From NCBI GenBank assembly GCA_027492035.1, contig JAOZFT010000035.1, positions 64,001 to 128,000 on the forward strand: DNA of 64,000 nucleotides, read 5' to 3'. The DNA is from Thermoproteota archaeon. GTDB taxonomy: Archaea > Korarchaeota > JAOZGF01 > JAOZFZ01. Below are positions 1-9,559 of the stretch, piece after piece. A program made the position numbers and the translations under genes. The notes beneath the pieces are model-generated. The model was not told the origin of the DNA, ran no database searches, and was given only the letters and a program-made list of their open reading frames with translations. Each line of letters begins with the position of its first letter. Positions within the stretch are counted from its first letter, which is position 1.

Positions 1-742
1 TTTTAATTTTTCCTTTATTTACTAGTTCGATTAAGAAGGAAGTTATGTGTTTAATTCTCTTTTTTATTTTTAAACCGTATTTGGGATATATTTCTTTGAA
101 CGTGTAAGTACAGCTTGGACATAAAGTAATTATTTCCTTAACTTCTAAATTGTTTATTTCTTCAGCATTCACTTTCCCTATCTCTATAAACTCTTTTTTG
201 AACCCTGCTTGAAGTAAAGGTAAACCGCAACATTTCTCATGGACAGGTGAAGTCATGAACCCTGTTTTTGTTTTTCTTAAAAAATTGATTACAGCTTCCA
301 CTGTCTTGCCTCTAAATCTTGAGGCTGAACAACCTATATAGAGAAGTACTTCAGGTTTTCCTTCTTTCTCGCCTGCATACTTTTCAGAGTACTCCATTCC
401 GAAAAGGTTCATTTTTTCCGTTATTTCTTTTACTTGTTTCAAATAGAAGGGCACTAAATTATTTTCTCCAAGTTCCTCCTTTATTTTTCTCAACTCTTCC
501 CCCAAAGAAATGTTTAACGGACAAATTATTTGACAGGCTGAACATTCAGTGCAAAGGTAGAAAAGATTAACTGAGTTTGTGACGTCCAAAATCTTCTTTT
601 TAAGATATAAGTAAGCTACTCTAGCTTTTCCTGAAGGTGAAACTGTTTCTGTGTTTTTTGCAAGAAAAACTGGGCAATTTGCTCCGCAAATGTTTGGACA
701 GACTGAACAAATTAAAATGTTTCTGTATTTTCCTCTCCACAT
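1..742 (-). CDS. (Fe-S)-binding CCG-domain oxidoreductase (GlpC/GlcF/HdrD-like); runs off the window edge
   Basis: Absent from the ORF track. Manual translation from ATG at 742: MWRGKYRNILICSVCPNICGANCP...CTECSACQIICP...YIGC...EKCCG...CPSC, giving two 4Fe-4S motifs plus a CCG domain. The frame stays open to the window start. Confidence 0.88.
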   Translation of the reverse strand, partial: MWRGKYRNILICSVCPNICGANCPVFLAKNTETVSPSGKARVAYLYLKKKILDVTNSVNLFYLCTECSACQIICPLNISLGEELRKIKEELGENNLVPFYLKQVKEITEKMNLFGMEYSEKYAGEKEGKPEVLLYIGCSASRFRGKTVEAVINFLRKTKTGFMTSPVHEKCCGLPLLQAGFKKEFIEIGKVNAEEINNLEVKEIITLCPSCTYTFKEIYPKYGLKIKKRIKHITSFLIELVNKGKIK

Positions 743-777
743 ATTAATAATCCTTCTTTCAAATGTTTTCCAAAAAT

Positions 778-2229
778 TTAGATGAGTTTACCTGGATTCA
801 TTATTTCTGAGGAATCGAAAACTTCCTTTATTTTCTTTAGTAACCTATATGTTGATTCACCTATTTCTTCTTTTAACCACTTCTTTCTAAGTAGCCCTAT
901 TCCATGGTGGTGACTTATTGTTCCACCTGACTCTAAACATGCTTTCATGGCTTTGCTCCAGAAGTTAAAGTAGAAATCTTCAAGTTTAACGTCTTCCGGA
1001 GGTATCCCCCCTATTGTAAAGTAAAGACATGCTCCGTTAAGGTAGAAATGAGAAGCATGAGCTGAAGATAATAGTACCCCCTCTATGGAAGATATTTCTT
1101 TTTTCATTTTTCTATAAAGAGTAGGTATTTTGCTCCAAGTTGCAGCTACTTCAACTGTGTCAAAAACAACTTTCATTGGTAAATATTGGGAAATATCTGT
1201 TATGACATCGAATCTTTCATTCAGCCATTTTTTCACGGGTTCTTCGCCGCAATTTTTAGCTCCTTCATTTTTGCAGATTCTTTCGATTGCTTTCTTCTCC
1301 TGTCCAGTTATTTCCTTCATTCCCTCAACAATGAAAATACCTAACGACTCCCTATCCTCAGTAAAATCTTGAAATTTCAGCTCTGTCTCGTCTTCATCAT
1401 ATAAACGTATAACTGCAGGGTAAATCCCCTTTCTTAAAATCTTTCTTGCCGCTTCCAAACTTTCGGTGAAGCTTTTAAATTTAAAGGATAAAAGCTTTTT
1501 TTCCTCTGGTAAAGGCCAAATTTTAAGTGTTGCTTTAGTTATTACTCCTATTGTTCCTTCAGAGCCTAGAAATAATTTTTCAATTTCTGGGCCTGTGGAG
1601 GAAGCTGGTTTAATTTTGGAATTAATTATTTCGCCATTAGGTAAAACTGCTTCTAAACCTAAAACTAAATTTTCTATTTTCCCATATTTTGTTGAAAACT
1701 GTCCTGCAGCTTTAGTAGCTATCCATCCGCCTAATGTAGAAGCTGGGAGAGATTGAGGAATATGCCTGGAAGTGTATCCTCTAGAATTAAGTTTCTCTTC
1801 CAGTATTTTTCCGTTTATTCCAGCTTCAGCAGTGACTGTTAAGTCTAAATCATTTATTTCAATTATTTTGTTCATTTTTTTTAAATCTATAACTATTCCC
1901 CCTTTTAAAGGAACTACTCCCCCTGTAACGCTTGTTCCTCCTCCATAGGGGATCACAGGCACTTTTTCTTCCTTTGCTAACTTAAGGATTTCTGAAACTT
2001 GCTCAGTGTTAATGGGCCATGTGACGAAGTTAGGAAGTGAAGGCAAGTACCCCTTAAGAAACCATTGAAGAGAAATTGGCCAATAACCTCTTGAGTAAGA
2101 AATAAGGTCTATTTCTTTTTCAGAGAAGTTTTTTTCATCTAATATCTTAACAAGTTTTTTCTTGATTCTCCTCTTCTTTTCTTCTGGAAACTTGATTTTA
2201 CCTGTGTAAATTTCCTTGTAGTTATTCAT
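778..2229 (-). CDS. FAD-binding oxidoreductase, alkyl-dihydroxyacetonephosphate synthase-like (VAO/PCMH family)
   Basis: PYGGGTSVTGG and GSEGTIGVIT FAD motifs; PAVIRLYD, GACLYF and C-terminal ISHHHGIG as in ADHAPS. Confidence 0.85.
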   Translation of the reverse strand: MNNYKEIYTGKIKFPEEKKRRIKKKLVKILDEKNFSEKEIDLISYSRGYWPISLQWFLKGYLPSLPNFVTWPINTEQVSEILKLAKEEKVPVIPYGGGTSVTGGVVPLKGGIVIDLKKMNKIIEINDLDLTVTAEAGINGKILEEKLNSRGYTSRHIPQSLPASTLGGWIATKAAGQFSTKYGKIENLVLGLEAVLPNGEIINSKIKPASSTGPEIEKLFLGSEGTIGVITKATLKIWPLPEEKKLLSFKFKSFTESLEAARKILRKGIYPAVIRLYDEDETELKFQDFTEDRESLGIFIVEGMKEITGQEKKAIERICKNEGAKNCGEEPVKKWLNERFDVITDISQYLPMKVVFDTVEVAATWSKIPTLYRKMKKEISSIEGVLLSSAHASHFYLNGACLYFTIGGIPPEDVKLEDFYFNFWSKAMKACLESGGTISHHHGIGLLRKKWLKEEIGESTYRLLKKIKEVFDSSEIMNPGKLI

Positions 2230-3718
2230 TTTTGCTTAACCATTCCCTAGATCTTTCAACTGCCCTTTTCCAGTTTAAGTAAAGTGTTTCTATTTTTTTC
2301 TCTTCAATTCCTGGTTTAAACACCTTATCAACTTCTCTTCTTTCCGTTATTTCTTTAAGAGAATTGTAGATACCTGCTCCTAAACAGGCAAGATAAGCTG
2401 CACCCAAACTTGTAGCTTCCGAAACTTTAGTTCTCTCAACTTCCAAGTTTAAACAATCAGCCATAAATTGGGCAACAAAATTATTCTTGGAAACTCCCCC
2501 GTCCAGCCTTAACTTTTCAATTTTAAGTTTTAAATCCTTTTCCATAACTTCCACGATATCCTTTACTCTGTAAACTATTGACTCCAGAACAGCTCTAACT
2601 ATATTTTCTCTGCTTATTTCTCTAGTTAAACCTATCAGTAACCCGCGTGCGTAAGAATCCCAGTAAGGGGAAGATAAACCTGTGAAAGCAGGTACAAAAT
2701 AAACTCCTTTGTTGCTTCCAGCTTTAAAAGCCAGTTTTTCTGATTCATCAACTTCCTTAATGATTTTCAAGTTATCTTTTAACCAAAGAACAGCTTCACC
2801 TGCCACATATGAGTAACCTTCAACCATAAAAAATGTTTTGCCGTTTATTTTCCAAGCCACTAAAGGAACTAGGCCGTGGCCGGGGATTTTAAACTTTCTT
2901 CCTATGTTGACATCTACAAACCCTCCTGAGCCTAAAGTGCATTTTGTGTCTCCCTTACTGAAACATGCTTCACCGAAAAGGGCTGATTGCTGATCCCCTG
3001 TAGCAGAAATTATCTCTAAAGGTTCTCCAAAAAATGATTTATCTACGTAGCCAAATCCTCCATTGGTTTCCCTTATTTCAGGAAGTATTTCTGAAGGAAT
3101 TCCAAACATTTCAAGTAAATCTTCCCACCAAGTAAGTTCAAAATAATCAAACATTCCTGTAGAGCTTGCGTTTGAAAAATCTGTAGCGTGAATTTTCCCT
3201 TTAGTTAATCTCCAAATAATGTATGTGTCTATTGTGCCGAAAATTATTTTTCCATTTTTGATTTTCTCTCTTATATCATTAACGTTTTCAATTAACCACT
3301 TAATGTACATTGAGGAAAGGGAAGGGTTAAATATTCTCTGAAGCTCTTCAGGCATTTCTTCACCGTATTCCCTCTTCATTTCAGCACTTAACTGAGAAGT
3401 TCTTGTATCCATCCAAGTTAAAGCGTTATATACAGGTAATCCCTTATCCTTATCCCAAAGTATCGTAGTTAATCTCTGGTTAGTAACAGCTAAACCTTTA
3501 ACTTCACTTACTTCAACTTTGCTCTTAACCAAAACCTTCTTTAAAACTTTTAAACTTTTTTTAAAAATTGTTTCAGGGTCTTGTTCGACCCAGCCGGGTT
3601 TAGGGTGTTTCAAAGGAAGTTTCTCAGAAACTGAAGCTAGAAAACCTTTCTCTTCATCGTAAACGAATGCCTTTACGTTTCTTGTCCCTTCATCTAAAAT
3701 TAAAATATATTTTTCCAA
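2222..3718 (-). CDS. glpK: FGGY-family glycerol kinase (atypical substrate site)
   Basis: PKPGWVEQDP, TNQR, FGTIDTY, TDFSNASSTG, GDQQSALFG, VYFVPAFTGL and DGG motifs. Confidence 0.85.
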   Translation of the reverse strand: MEKYILILDEGTRNVKAFVYDEEKGFLASVSEKLPLKHPKPGWVEQDPETIFKKSLKVLKKVLVKSKVEVSEVKGLAVTNQRLTTILWDKDKGLPVYNALTWMDTRTSQLSAEMKREYGEEMPEELQRIFNPSLSSMYIKWLIENVNDIREKIKNGKIIFGTIDTYIIWRLTKGKIHATDFSNASSTGMFDYFELTWWEDLLEMFGIPSEILPEIRETNGGFGYVDKSFFGEPLEIISATGDQQSALFGEACFSKGDTKCTLGSGGFVDVNIGRKFKIPGHGLVPLVAWKINGKTFFMVEGYSYVAGEAVLWLKDNLKIIKEVDESEKLAFKAGSNKGVYFVPAFTGLSSPYWDSYARGLLIGLTREISRENIVRAVLESIVYRVKDIVEVMEKDLKLKIEKLRLDGGVSKNNFVAQFMADCLNLEVERTKVSEATSLGAAYLACLGAGIYNSLKEITERREVDKVFKPGIEEKKIETLYLNWKRAVERSREWLSKNE

Positions 3719-3728
3719 TTTATTTTCC

Positions 3729-4088
3729 TCAAACCCTTTTAACTCTCCGTGAAGCTACAACTTTAACATTTTCAACTAAAAAATCCTTAATTATTACTTG
3801 TCCAGTTTTTACAGGTGCTTCAACTTCTACGTAAGCCAGCTTTTTCATTGCTTCCATCAAAACTTTTCTAGGCAGAGGTTTACTTGTTTTTATAGGTAAA
3901 AACTTTATTTCTCCATTCTTTACAGGTACAGTAGTAGTTAATATCCTAACAGGATTCAAAGCTTCTGTTTTTGCAAACTTTAAGCCTTTCTCACATTTAT
4001 TACCTTTAACTGACACTTCCCCCTTTTCAACTGTGATAACTACTTCACAGCCTACAGGACAAACTATACAAATGATTTTTTTCTTCAA
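3729..4088 (-). CDS. DUF1667 CxxC protein, small subunit of G3PDH-like complex
   Basis: CIVCPVGC...GNKCEKG...NPVRILTTTV; typical third gene of this trio. Confidence 0.85.
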   Translation of the reverse strand: MKKKIICIVCPVGCEVVITVEKGEVSVKGNKCEKGLKFAKTEALNPVRILTTTVPVKNGEIKFLPIKTSKPLPRKVLMEAMKKLAYVEVEAPVKTGQVIIKDFLVENVKVVASRRVKRV

Positions 4089-5332
4089 CTTTTCCTCACT
4101 AATTTAAAAGTTATTTTCTCACCTTTTATTTTTAGCAATTCCTCCCTTTTCAAATTTACTTTAACCATTTCATTTGGTTTAATTTTTTGGAAGTATTTTC
4201 TCCAATTTATTTCTTTAATTGAAAGAAAAACTTTTTCTTCAGGTTTCTTCACTCTTAAATAAAACGAAACGTCCTTTAAGCAAGTCACTCTTTGAGGAAC
4301 AACAAATTTTATTTTTTTGTTAAAAGAAACCTTTCTTTCTTCTGCTTTTTTCATTCCTTTTTTTAAGTAAAAATTCACTCCCTCAGCTGCGGTTTCAGCG
4401 TTTTCTACAACATAATCAACTAAATCAAATATTACTAAACTGTTTCCGCAAGAGAACAGAAAGGGAGCTGTTGTTTGGAAGTAGTCATTAACTACTGGCC
4501 CTAAAGTATTACTGTCCATTTCAATACCTATTTCACTAACTAATTCGTTTTCAGGTACTAATCCAACGGAAAAAATTACTGTGTCACATTTTATTTCTTT
4601 CTCGGTTCCTTTTAAAGGATTTAAGTTTTCATCCACTTTAACTATCTTAATTCTTTCCACTCTTTCCCTTCCTCTTATTTCTGTAGCTGCATGGCTTAAA
4701 TAAAGTGGTATGTTGAAGTCCTGAAGGCATTGAACAATGTTTCTTTGTAACCCTCCAGGGTAAGGCATTATTTCAATCACTCCTTTCACCTTAACTCCTT
4801 CCAATGTTAATCTTCTGGCCATAATTAACCCTACATCTCCTGAACCTATAATTACTGCTTCTTTCCCTGGAAGATAGCCTTCAATATTGATAAGTTTCTG
4901 AACTAAACCTGCTGTAAAAACTCCTGCTGGTCTGTCACCCGGAATTTTAACATCCCATCTTGTCTTCTCTCTAGCTCCAGTGGCTAAAATTACAGCTTTA
5001 GATTTTATTTTCATTACTCCCAATTTCTTGTTTACAGCTATAACTTCTCCTTTTCTACTTATTTTTAGGGCTGTTGTGTCAGTGAATGTTCCTATACCAA
5101 TTTCTTCAACTTTATCTATAAATCTTTGAATGAATTCAGGCCCTGTTAATTCTTCTTTGAAATATTTTAAACCGAAACCTGGATGTATACATTGAGGAAG
5201 TACACCCCCTAAATATTTCTCTCTTTCAATCACCACCTGGTTAGTTAAACCTAGTTTGTAAGCCTTAATTGAAGCAGCTAAACCTGCAGGACCTGAACCT
5301 ATAACCACTAAATCAACTTTCCTCTCAATCAT
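4085..5332 (-). CDS. NAD(P)/FAD-dependent oxidoreductase, partner subunit of G3PDH-like complex
   Basis: GSGPAG, LGGVLPQCIHPGFG, ELTGPEF, GSGDVGLIMARR. Confidence 0.88.
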   Translation of the reverse strand: MIERKVDLVVIGSGPAGLAASIKAYKLGLTNQVVIEREKYLGGVLPQCIHPGFGLKYFKEELTGPEFIQRFIDKVEEIGIGTFTDTTALKISRKGEVIAVNKKLGVMKIKSKAVILATGAREKTRWDVKIPGDRPAGVFTAGLVQKLINIEGYLPGKEAVIIGSGDVGLIMARRLTLEGVKVKGVIEIMPYPGGLQRNIVQCLQDFNIPLYLSHAATEIRGRERVERIKIVKVDENLNPLKGTEKEIKCDTVIFSVGLVPENELVSEIGIEMDSNTLGPVVNDYFQTTAPFLFSCGNSLVIFDLVDYVVENAETAAEGVNFYLKKGMKKAEERKVSFNKKIKFVVPQRVTCLKDVSFYLRVKKPEEKVFLSIKEINWRKYFQKIKPNEMVKVNLKREELLKIKGEKITFKLVRKS

Positions 5333-6805
5333 TCAGGCACCTTTCAAAAGCTCCTTTATTTTATATAGAAGAATCAATGATTTTCCTCCCTTTTTAGTTA
5401 TTTTCTTAACTGGGATTTTCAGTTCCCTGCTCAGTATCTCCAAAATTTTTGGTGTGCAGAAGCTTCCTTGGCACCTTCCCATCCCTGCCCTTGTTCTAAA
5501 TTTCACACCGTCCAAAGTTTTTGCTCCTCTTTTAATTGCTTCAACAACTTCAGCTTCAGTTACTTGTTCACATCTGCAAATTATTCTTCCGTAACCAGGG
5601 TTTTCCTTTATCATTTTATCTTGTTCTTCAGGAGGGTAATCAGTAAGTTTGTTTATTCTTTTTCTGTAAGGGTTAAAACTTCCCTTCCTTTCAAGTTTTA
5701 ATCCTTCCTTTCTCAGCAGCTCTGTAACCATTTTAGCTATTGCAGGTGCAGCTGTCAAGCCAGGAGACTGTATACCTGCAACGTTTATGAAACCTTTAAC
5801 TTTTGTTCTTTCAATTACGAAGTCTCCCTTTTCAGAAGCAGCTCTTACTCCTGCGAAGCAAGTTATTATTTTTAGGGGAAAGTCAGGAAACAAAACATTG
5901 TAAGTGTTAATTATCTCCTCTATATCCTTTCTAGACACTGAAGTATCTTCTTTACTTCCTGTTTCCTTTAGATTAGGTCCCCATAAGGGGTTCCCTTCAA
6001 CTGTTAATAAAGCCCCTCCTCCCTTTGTTCTTGGATCCTGCTTAATTTTAGCTTCTGCAACATAGTGTCTGTAATATCCTCTAAGTTTCTTATCAAAAAC
6101 AATCATGCACCCTTTCCTAGGAACTATTTTAAAGTTTCTTACACCGGCTGTTTCAGCTACTTCATCTGAATAAAGACCTGCAGCATTAACAACGTAACTT
6201 GTTTCAATTACTCCCTTATTTGTTTTTACTCCCTTAACTTCTCCATTCTCAACTAACACCTCCTCAACTTTTGTTCCGAGTAATGTTTTCACTCCGTTCT
6301 TTTGTGCATTTTCAATCAAGGCGAAAGTTAATTCATAAGGGGAAATAACTCCACCTGAAGGGAAAAGGAGTGCACACTTAGCTTTATTTGTTAAATTAGG
6401 TTCAACTTTCCTTAGCTCCCTTTTATTAAGAAACTTAACCTGTATCCCTCTCCATTTCATCACTAAATAAACCAAGAAAAGAAAAAATGTTTCTTTCCTG
6501 TTTAAAGAAACGAAAAGTAAACCACAACGATTAAAAGGAACATCTAGCTCCTCAGTTAACTTGTCCATTAATTTATTACCTTCAACACAAAGTTTTCCCT
6601 TCAAAGAATTAAAAGGGGTAACGAAAGGGTGGATAATGCCTGAACAACCCTTACTGGCGCCTTGGCAGAAATCAACTTCTTTTTCAACAACAACTACGTC
6701 CACTTTGTATTTAGAAAGCTCCCTAGCTATACTGCACCCTACAACTCCACCTCCAACTATTACAACATCTGTTTTTAAAGAAGGTTTCAAAAAAAATTTA
6801 GACAA
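5333..6805 (-). CDS. Glycerol-3-phosphate dehydrogenase-like FAD oxidoreductase with C-terminal BFD-like [2Fe-2S] domain
   Basis: GGGVVG, GIQSPGLTAAPAIA, CRCEQVT...RAGMGRCQGSFC; adjacent to the glycerol kinase. Confidence 0.87.
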   Translation of the reverse strand: MSKFFLKPSLKTDVVIVGGGVVGCSIARELSKYKVDVVVVEKEVDFCQGASKGCSGIIHPFVTPFNSLKGKLCVEGNKLMDKLTEELDVPFNRCGLLFVSLNRKETFFLFLVYLVMKWRGIQVKFLNKRELRKVEPNLTNKAKCALLFPSGGVISPYELTFALIENAQKNGVKTLLGTKVEEVLVENGEVKGVKTNKGVIETSYVVNAAGLYSDEVAETAGVRNFKIVPRKGCMIVFDKKLRGYYRHYVAEAKIKQDPRTKGGGALLTVEGNPLWGPNLKETGSKEDTSVSRKDIEEIINTYNVLFPDFPLKIITCFAGVRAASEKGDFVIERTKVKGFINVAGIQSPGLTAAPAIAKMVTELLRKEGLKLERKGSFNPYRKRINKLTDYPPEEQDKMIKENPGYGRIICRCEQVTEAEVVEAIKRGAKTLDGVKFRTRAGMGRCQGSFCTPKILEILSRELKIPVKKITKKGGKSLILLYKIKELLKGA

Positions 6806-6853
6806 AAAATCCCCCCTTAAAAAATTTTACGCTAACATTTCTCGCCAAGACCC

Positions 6854-6887
6854 AGTTTACACAGGTTTTGGTAAGCCTATGTAAACT
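6854..6887. promoter_or_regulatory. Imperfect 14-bp inverted repeat upstream of the glycerol operon (operator or leader hairpin candidate)
   Basis: AGTTTACACAGGTT-ttggta-AGCCTATGTAAACT, 12/14 complementary, about 50-80 nt upstream of the start at 6805. Confidence 0.4.
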
Positions 6888-8062
6888 TTGGTGTGCATCA
6901 GCCTCTTCTCCCTCCATTTCATTGGGAGTAAGTCATAGGTTCCGCACCCTTTCATGAAGCCTTTTCAGAGTTCTTATAGATGTGCCTTTCCGTCTTTCCA
7001 TAAACCTCACCAGTGGTCTCGAAACTAAATGGCAAAAGATGCTTGGACTCTAGGAGCCTACATCCCCTAAAATATATACCTACTACTCTAAATAACTGTC
7101 TATCGAGTGTAGCCTACATCTGGAGGTGCTTAACCACCTATCCCTTTTCGAAGCTTCATTAACATGTATCTACACACATATTTTTTAATGTAAGGTTAAA
7201 TTATTTCTAAAAAGGTTTTACATGGCTTATTTTCCTCAATAAGGATTTTAGAAGAGATTTTCAGTTCCTTTTCTCTGTCTCAGATTGCTTTTAATATTAA
7301 AATAGTTTTTTATAACGTTTTTACTATGTTCTAAAACTCCTAATTTATGTTTTACAGTCCTTATACGTAAATGCTTATGCGATTTCTTTCTTAAATCTAA
7401 TGCTTTCTGGTTGGTAAAAACCCTGCAGAAGATCTATTTAGTGTCTTTTCACAATTTTTTTGGCTTTCTTAAGAATGAACAAAGTATTTTATGGTTAACA
7501 AGCTTTACCCTGGATTCGTAGCTCATGAACTGGGCTATTGCCTTTCAGTTCTGTTTAGCAATGCCCTTATTATGTTTCTTTCCTTTGGTGTACCTTCCTA
7601 CTTCTCTAAATTCTTAAAACCGTGTCCAATATCAGAAATAATCTAAACATTAACCACATAATTTAATGTAGAAAGTCTCTAACCCTCGCCTCTTTCCCTT
7701 CCTACCTGCTTCTGAATAATCTTAATATCTTTCCATCTTTTTACTTACTAAGTATTACATTCGCTTAATAAATATTCGCAGTTTCATCTAATTTGTTTTC
7801 TGAACAGGTTAAAAGTAAAAAACCAGGTTAAAAAAGGAATTTATAGAAAAAGAAACGTTGCTGATGCTTTTCTTAAAAAAATTGAAAAATTTCCTGATCT
7901 GAAAATGTAAAAAAGCCAATAAAGACAACTCTGTCACTCTTCAGTTAAACAATTTAAAAAGAGAAACCGCAAAGATTTCTTGTTCAGAGGAACTGTTCAG
8001 GTAGAAAAGGAGGAATTCCTGGGTAGGAATTAAAAATAGTTTTAGGTTAAAAAAAGAAAAAA

Positions 8063-8776
8063 TTACCTCATGTATGAAGCAATCGTTTTTATCCCATGTT
8101 TATTGGCTTCCTTCTCAGCTGAAGGGTGAATAAGAAATCCAAACATGAATTTGTATACTTCTTTACCTTCAAACAGCCTACTTATTTTATTTAACTTCAA
8201 CAAGAACTCCCTTACATCTCTTCCATAAATCCTAGACTTAATTTCGCCCAATATGTAAATGTTTCTTTGTCTCCTCATCCCCTCACCGTAAAGGTTCACC
8301 TCTACAATTTCACCATCCACTTCAAAAAACTTTCTTACGAGACCCTTCACATAAATTTTTTCATGTCTCTCAAGCCAACCTGGAACAACAACTCTTGCAA
8401 TGTCTTCAAGGCCGAAACCTATAACATCACTCAATCTACCCACACTTAATGATAAATTATTCATTTGAATAGCTAATTTTGCAACAGCTTCTTCTGTTTT
8501 CTTTTGTGCTTCTGCTAATTCATTTACTCTTTCAGTTAATTTATCTACTCTTTCAGTTAATTTTGCAACAGCTTCTTCTGTTTTCTTTTGTGCTTCTGCT
8601 AATTCATTTACTCTTGTTGCTAGCCTGTCCAGATTTTCTGCGATTTTCGTTACTTCATTTGATAACTTATCAAACTCTTCTCTCCTAACTTTTATATCTT
8701 TCACTTCGTCTTTTACTATTTTAACAATCAGGCTGTAAAGCTCAGGTGACAAAGACATGTTCATCAACTGAAACAA
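8063..8776 (-). CDS. Coiled-coil protein with C-terminal PD-(D/E)xK-type nuclease-like domain (DUF1626/DUF3782-like)
   Basis: Heptad repeats RVNELAEAQKKTEEAVAKL x2, then GFGLED and EVNLYG...LGEIKSRI. Confidence 0.75.
   Translation of the reverse strand: MFQLMNMSLSPELYSLIVKIVKDEVKDIKVRREEFDKLSNEVTKIAENLDRLATRVNELAEAQKKTEEAVAKLTERVDKLTERVNELAEAQKKTEEAVAKLAIQMNNLSLSVGRLSDVIGFGLEDIARVVVPGWLERHEKIYVKGLVRKFFEVDGEIVEVNLYGEGMRRQRNIYILGEIKSRIYGRDVREFLLKLNKISRLFEGKEVYKFMFGFLIHPSAEKEANKHGIKTIASYMR
8474..8615. repeat. Intragenic exact direct repeat, 58 nt x2, period 84 nt (four heptads)
   Basis: taattttgcaacagc...tttactctt occurs at 8474-8531 and 8558-8615. Confidence 0.9.
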
Positions 8777-9145
8777 GTGCTTCCTATTACTTTAAAGGGT
8801 TTTGATCTTCATAAATATTACTTAAAATAATTTGCTATAAAGAAAATTAAATAAAAATAAACTTTTTTAAATATGAACAAAGCAACTAGGTAACTATGTA
8901 ACCCTTCAGCTGCAACATTTTTCCTTTTTAATTATCTACAACGAAACTAACTCACCTACTTTAAGAAGGATGTATGTAAGAGAAATCTGAATCCCCGGAA
9001 GAAACCACTACCCTTTATTAAAGTCAAAACTACGCCCTATTCAGGATATCTACTCACTTTTTCTTCTCCATCTCCTAAAAGCTTTTGTTCAAGACCATAA
9101 CTTTGCCAATTATGAAACAGTAAAAGGTTTAATTGTTACCTTTTT

Positions 9146-9544
9146 CTAATCCCTGTATATAATAAGAGGTAATTTTTTCCCTTCACGGGTGTAGCAAGCC
9201 ACTGAAGAGAAACTATAGGGCGGAATAACTATGATATTTGCTTTTCCGAAAAAGAAAATGTTTAAGTCCTCAATTGTTGGTTTTATTTCTCCATCAGGAT
9301 GGCTATGGACACAACCTTTGATAGAAGGGTCTATAGGGTTCATATGGAAGAAGATAGAGGAAGTGTTGAATTTGTACCTGATGTTGGGTTCAAAAATAAC
9401 TTCAGTTATTTCATTCCCTCTAATTCTAAGTTTTCCGATGAACTCTTTAGGGTGCAAGTTTTTTGAAGCGACAAGTATTAATTCCAAAGTTTCTCGTGAA
9501 ATTCTCAAAATGTATCCCCTGTTTTTCAAGATACTTAATGGCAA
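9146..9544 (-). CDS. JAMM/MPN+ metalloprotease (desampylase-like)
   Basis: HPKEF...HSHPDGEIKPTIEDL matches E...HxHx7(S/T)x2D. Confidence 0.82.
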   Translation of the reverse strand: MPLSILKNRGYILRISRETLELILVASKNLHPKEFIGKLRIRGNEITEVIFEPNIRYKFNTSSIFFHMNPIDPSIKGCVHSHPDGEIKPTIEDLNIFFFGKANIIVIPPYSFSSVACYTREGKKLPLIIYRD

Positions 9545-9559
9545 TTTACCTTTATTAAA

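Noticed and set aside
6890-7030. Possible antitoxin/toxin pseudogene fragment on the minus strand
   Set aside because: Short, interrupted and without a diagnostic motif.
7512-7560. tRNA-like 5' start GGATTCGTAGCTCA
   Set aside because: No D-loop GG context, anticodon arm or TTCRA T-loop follows.
7560-7740. Possible IS607 resolvase remnant (IISDIGHGF on the minus strand)
   Set aside because: Only one short motif among several stop codons; insufficient without blastx.
8474-8615. Direct repeats as a possible CRISPR array
   Set aside because: Only two 58-nt copies, in frame within a coiled-coil gene, with no cas genes.
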